From Eremomyces bilateralis CBS 781.70 (taxonomy: Eukaryota): a DNA stretch of 64,000 bases. Positions 60,464-64,000 of the stretch are shown in pieces. The stretch is from assembly GCA_010015585.1 (NCBI GenBank), contig ML975165.1, one strand, 5' to 3'. A program made the translations under genes and the position numbers. The notes under the pieces are model-generated. The model worked only from the letters and a program-made list of their open reading frames with translations. It had not been told where the DNA came from and made no database searches. Position 1 is the first letter of the stretch; every line of letters begins with the position of its first letter.

Positions 60464-62443
60464 ATGTTCAATCAAAATGACCGGACCTTCGGAGGAGGGC
60501 AAGGCCACCACCGGTATGGCATGCAGCATACGCATCTGCAAAATCTAGGCGGCGTACATCAACATCAAAACTTTCCCCACGGAAGCCATGCACGAGGACA
60601 GAACAGTGCCCATCGGTACACCTCGTCCGGGACACCGCTGAGTTTGGCTCACCAATATGATCGACACGCCCATGAGGAGCCGTCCGGTAGTCATATTGAA
60701 GAGCTGGACGAATCGGGCAATGAACAGTGGAAAGAGCATATAAAGGCCTACAGGGAGTACATGCAATCCGGAACCCCACATTACCACGCCAAAACCTTTG
60801 CGAGGAGACCGCCTCCAGATATCGTGAAGGTCAATGCTGCGGATGAGGATAATGAGGACCCTGATGACCGAAGTCGGGCAGCCATTGCAAAACCGAAAGA
60901 GCGGTCAGCCTGGGCTGGTCTGGATTTATCAGGCCAAGGACTTCGACTTCTCTCATCCGCGTTGTTCCGGTTCGAATTCCTGGAAGAGCTTCACCTGGAC
61001 CACAACAAGCTTGTTCGGATCCCCCCTGAGATTGGTCGCTTGAAGAACCTGATCCATCTGGACATCTCGAATAACCTTCTTGTTGAGCTTCCCGGGGAGA
61101 TCGGCCTGCTTAGCAATCTTCAAGAGCTGCTCTTGTTCGACAACAGCCTCGAACATCTTCCGGTCGAGATTGGTTACCTCTTCCGGTTGCGGATCCTAGG
61201 GATCCGTGGCAACCCCATCGACCATGACGTTGGTCCTGAGATCAAAGAGGCCGGCACGGAGAATTTGATTAAGTACTATCGGAACAGGATCACGCCGCCC
61301 CCACACCCCGACCGGGACTGGATCGGTTTCTTTGAAACGTCCGACCAATCTCAAGAAACCTTCACCGCACTCTCCTACAACATCCTCTGTCAACGAGCCG
61401 GCACTTCCGCACATCACGGCTGTGTCCCGGATAAAGCCCTTAGCTGGGACTACCGCCGCGACTTAATCCTTCGCGAACTCGAAAACTTCGAATCCGACTT
61501 CATCTGCCTCCAAGAGTTCGACGCTATCACACACGAAGACTTCCGCCAAAGGCTAAGGGAGCTCGGCTACGCATCATACTACTCACAGCGAACCCGCTCA
61601 CGCTACCTCAACGGGGAGCAAGCGCGTCTCGTCGACGGGTGCGGCACGTTCTGGAAGACCGACAAATACATCAGCTTGGCGTCCGAGACGCTGCGATTCG
61701 GCGAGCTGGGCCTTAATGACCAAAGCGTTAAGAAATCTGCCGACTATATCAACCGGGTATGGCAAAAGGACCACATCGCACTGGTCAACCTGCTCGAAAA
61801 CCGCGTTACCGGTACGCGGCTCATCCTCGTCAACGCGTACATCTTCTGGAACCCGAAGTTCAAGGACGTCAAGCTCATCCAGGTCGCCGTGCTCCTCCGC
61901 GAAATCACCCAACTCGCCGAACAATGGGCGGACCTCCCTCCCGTCCGCGACAAGCGGTCCCGTCCCTCCGACGTCCCCGATGCACCCGATGCCCCCGACC
62001 AGGAGTTCGCTCCGTCCAGCAAATATACCAACAGCACCGACATCCCCCTCGTCATCTGCGGCGACTTCAACTCCGAGCCCACATCCGCCGTCTATGATCT
62101 CGTGGCGCGCGGCTCCCTCCCCGCGCACCACGACGACCTCGACGGACGCGACTACGGGCCCTTCTCGACGGCCGGCATGTCGCATCCACTCACCCTAAAA
62201 TCCGCATACGGCGCCGTCGGCGAGTTGCCGTTCACGAACTACACGCCGGACTACCAAGGGGTGCTCGACTATATCTGGTACAGCAGCAACACGGTGCGGG
62301 TGAAGGGGCTGCTGGGCGAGGTGGATCGGGAGTATCTGAGGAAGGTGCCCGGGTTTCCAGACTGGAACTTTCCTAGCGATCATTTGCCGTTGGTGGCGGA
62401 GTTTGCGGTGACGCCGCGGCGGAAGGGCGCGGGGAAGATGTAG
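60464..62443 (+). CDS. CCR4: CCR4 deadenylase (LRR plus EEP nuclease domain), single open frame
   Basis: LDLSGQGLR and LRRs, then SYNILC, ICLQE, DGCGTFWK, CGDFNS, FTNYTPDYQGVLDYIWYS, FPSDHLPL. First in-frame ATG at 60464; an additional upstream exon cannot be excluded. Confidence 0.92.
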   Translation: MFNQNDRTFGGGQGHHRYGMQHTHLQNLGGVHQHQNFPHGSHARGQNSAHRYTSSGTPLSLAHQYDRHAHEEPSGSHIEELDESGNEQWKEHIKAYREYMQSGTPHYHAKTFARRPPPDIVKVNAADEDNEDPDDRSRAAIAKPKERSAWAGLDLSGQGLRLLSSALFRFEFLEELHLDHNKLVRIPPEIGRLKNLIHLDISNNLLVELPGEIGLLSNLQELLLFDNSLEHLPVEIGYLFRLRILGIRGNPIDHDVGPEIKEAGTENLIKYYRNRITPPPHPDRDWIGFFETSDQSQETFTALSYNILCQRAGTSAHHGCVPDKALSWDYRRDLILRELENFESDFICLQEFDAITHEDFRQRLRELGYASYYSQRTRSRYLNGEQARLVDGCGTFWKTDKYISLASETLRFGELGLNDQSVKKSADYINRVWQKDHIALVNLLENRVTGTRLILVNAYIFWNPKFKDVKLIQVAVLLREITQLAEQWADLPPVRDKRSRPSDVPDAPDAPDQEFAPSSKYTNSTDIPLVICGDFNSEPTSAVYDLVARGSLPAHHDDLDGRDYGPFSTAGMSHPLTLKSAYGAVGELPFTNYTPDYQGVLDYIWYSSNTVRVKGLLGEVDREYLRKVPGFPDWNFPSDHLPLVAEFAVTPRRKGAGKM

Positions 62444-62850
62444 TGAGCGGGCGTAGGGTGCTTTCTTGCCCTCCTTTGGGATTGTTTTGTCATTTAGCTG
62501 TGCCTGAGTGCGGTCGTTTGGGGTTTGGGGTTTGAACTTGATGAAGGGACTTATGTATGGATTAGCGTTTCTTTCCTATGACTCAGATATTGTATCACAA
62601 CCGCGTTTCTTGATAGAATGCAATGTATATGCTCTACAAGCTCGTTAATTCTTTGTATTTGGTAGGAGAACGAAGTTTGGTAATATCTGCATACGCCCTG
62701 TCGCTTCAAGCCTGGAGTTCACGCGCGAATGCACAATATTTAGCATATACCATTCGCCTTTTCAAACTATAACCCCTATCACGCAACTACAATCCGGCCC
62801 ACATTATCTCCCCCATCTCCTTTCAGCATCTTCAAAACAATCCAAAATCC

Positions 62851-64000
62851 CTATGCCCCAGCCTCCGCCCCAGTCTCCTTCCCCTTCCCCCTGCTAGCCA
62901 CACCCTGCGCGTTCGCGGACGAATAGTGCCTCGCCATCGCCTTCTCCCTCCTCGCCTTCTCCGCAACATGTCGTTCCCTCGCGCGATCCATCGCACTCTT
63001 CGGCTTCCCCTGCCCTGCCTGCGCACCGGCGGGCCCCTTCGCAAACTTCGCGTCACGCTGCCCATGCCCCGACGCACCAGGTGCACGCTGCGGCCACTGT
63101 TGCTCCTCCTTCCCTACCTCCGCACCACTCTTCCGCTCACCGCCATCCGGCCACCCAACAAACCCAACCGCCTCGACCTCTTCCTTCATCCGCCTAGTCC
63201 ACTCTCTTCTGTCCCGCTTATACAGCTCCATCTTCCAGTTCTTCCACACCCACCGCCCGATCCGATGGCCGCGGAACTGTTCCTCGGCCTCCACGAGCTC
63301 CTCGGCGACGCGGTCACGCATGAACGCGAGGCCGGCAGTCCCGGTCCAGATGGCGTCGACGACGCGGCTGGCGGAGGGGTCGAGGGCCATGGGGGCGAGG
63401 TGGCCGTAAAAGGTGGCGATGAGCTTGCGGCGGGTGACGACGGACGCGTGGGGAACGGTGAGGGCGGAGACGAGGAGGGGGGAGAAGTAGGGGGAGTAGG
63501 CGAGAGAGAGGGTGGAAGGAGGGGGGAGGGTGGAGAGAGAGGTGAGGAGGAGGGTGCTGAGGGGGGAGGGGTGGGAGGTGATGGTTTGGGAGAGTTTCGA
63601 GACGTGGGGGTGCGGCTTTGGGGTGTCGGGTGGTGGACCGAAGTTGGTTGGGTTGGCGGCATCGGTGGAGGTTGGGTCGGAGGGTAGGTCAGAGAGGTGG
63701 AGGAATTGGGCGATGTCGAAGCTATCGTTTTCGGCATGGTAGATTGATTGGAGTTCCGAGGCGATGGGGCCCGTGTCTACTTCTCGAGCATAGCATCGTT
63801 CGATGAGGGTTCCCACGACTTGGTAACGATTCCGTCGAAACAAGTCGCCCATGGCTGGAACGATTTCGTTTCGGGCCTCCTCGAGGTCGTTCTTCCCGAA
63901 CCGTTCTAGGACGCGAGACACGACATACATCGCGACTTCGTTCCGTGCTAGTGTCGCTAGCTTTCCCTGGAACAAATCCCTGGAGATGGCTTTGAATGCT
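62851..64000 (-). CDS. NOP9: Nucleolar protein 9 (Pumilio-repeat), 3' part; gene continues beyond the window
   Basis: YVVSRVLER, ASRVVDAIW..GLAFMRDRVAEEL..GRWVWKNWKMELYKRDRREW and KSAMDRARERH are Nop9 C-terminal hallmarks. Confidence 0.88.
   Translation of the reverse strand, partial: AFKAISRDLFQGKLATLARNEVAMYVVSRVLERFGKNDLEEARNEIVPAMGDLFRRNRYQVVGTLIERCYAREVDTGPIASELQSIYHAENDSFDIAQFLHLSDLPSDPTSTDAANPTNFGPPPDTPKPHPHVSKLSQTITSHPSPLSTLLLTSLSTLPPPSTLSLAYSPYFSPLLVSALTVPHASVVTRRKLIATFYGHLAPMALDPSASRVVDAIWTGTAGLAFMRDRVAEELVEAEEQFRGHRIGRWVWKNWKMELYKRDRREWTRRMKEEVEAVGFVGWPDGGERKSGAEVGKEEQQWPQRAPGASGHGQRDAKFAKGPAGAQAGQGKPKSAMDRARERHVAEKARREKAMARHYSSANAQGVASRGKGKETGAEAGA

Overview
Eukaryotic, intron-containing DNA from a filamentous ascomycete (Pezizomycotina; GT-AG introns with CTAAC/CTGAC branch points; probably a Dothideomycete, inferred from protein style only). 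I spliced about 18 host protein genes by hand. They include housekeeping genes (UPF0658-like membrane protein, AIF-like Rieske/FAD reductase, ELL-like factor, UBE2C/Ubc11, RTA1-like, TAF9, CMC1-like, SCOC/DUF2205, Clr5-domain protein, TinA/Msd1, quinone oxidoreductase, CCR4, partial NOP9), an alcohol acetyltransferase and a HET-C gene. Signals the ORF track does not show: (1) a divergently transcribed tmpA-like/afeA-like pair, matching the Aspergillus conidiation-signal module; (2) a complete nuclear RNase P RNA gene at 59619-59976 (-), head-to-head with an apparently intronless, diverged CCR4; (3) an intron-containing Tc1/IS630-type transposon with an enlarged catalytic domain and an E->K change at the catalytic Glu; (4) a 279-bp hAT-type MITE with a perfect 8-bp TSD in the Clr5-gene promoter; (5) two tandem disrupted BTB genes and other relics; (6) a recurring C-rich to G-rich switch near the 3' end of many CDSs. 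All family assignments come from recognising motifs by eye; no database searches were run.
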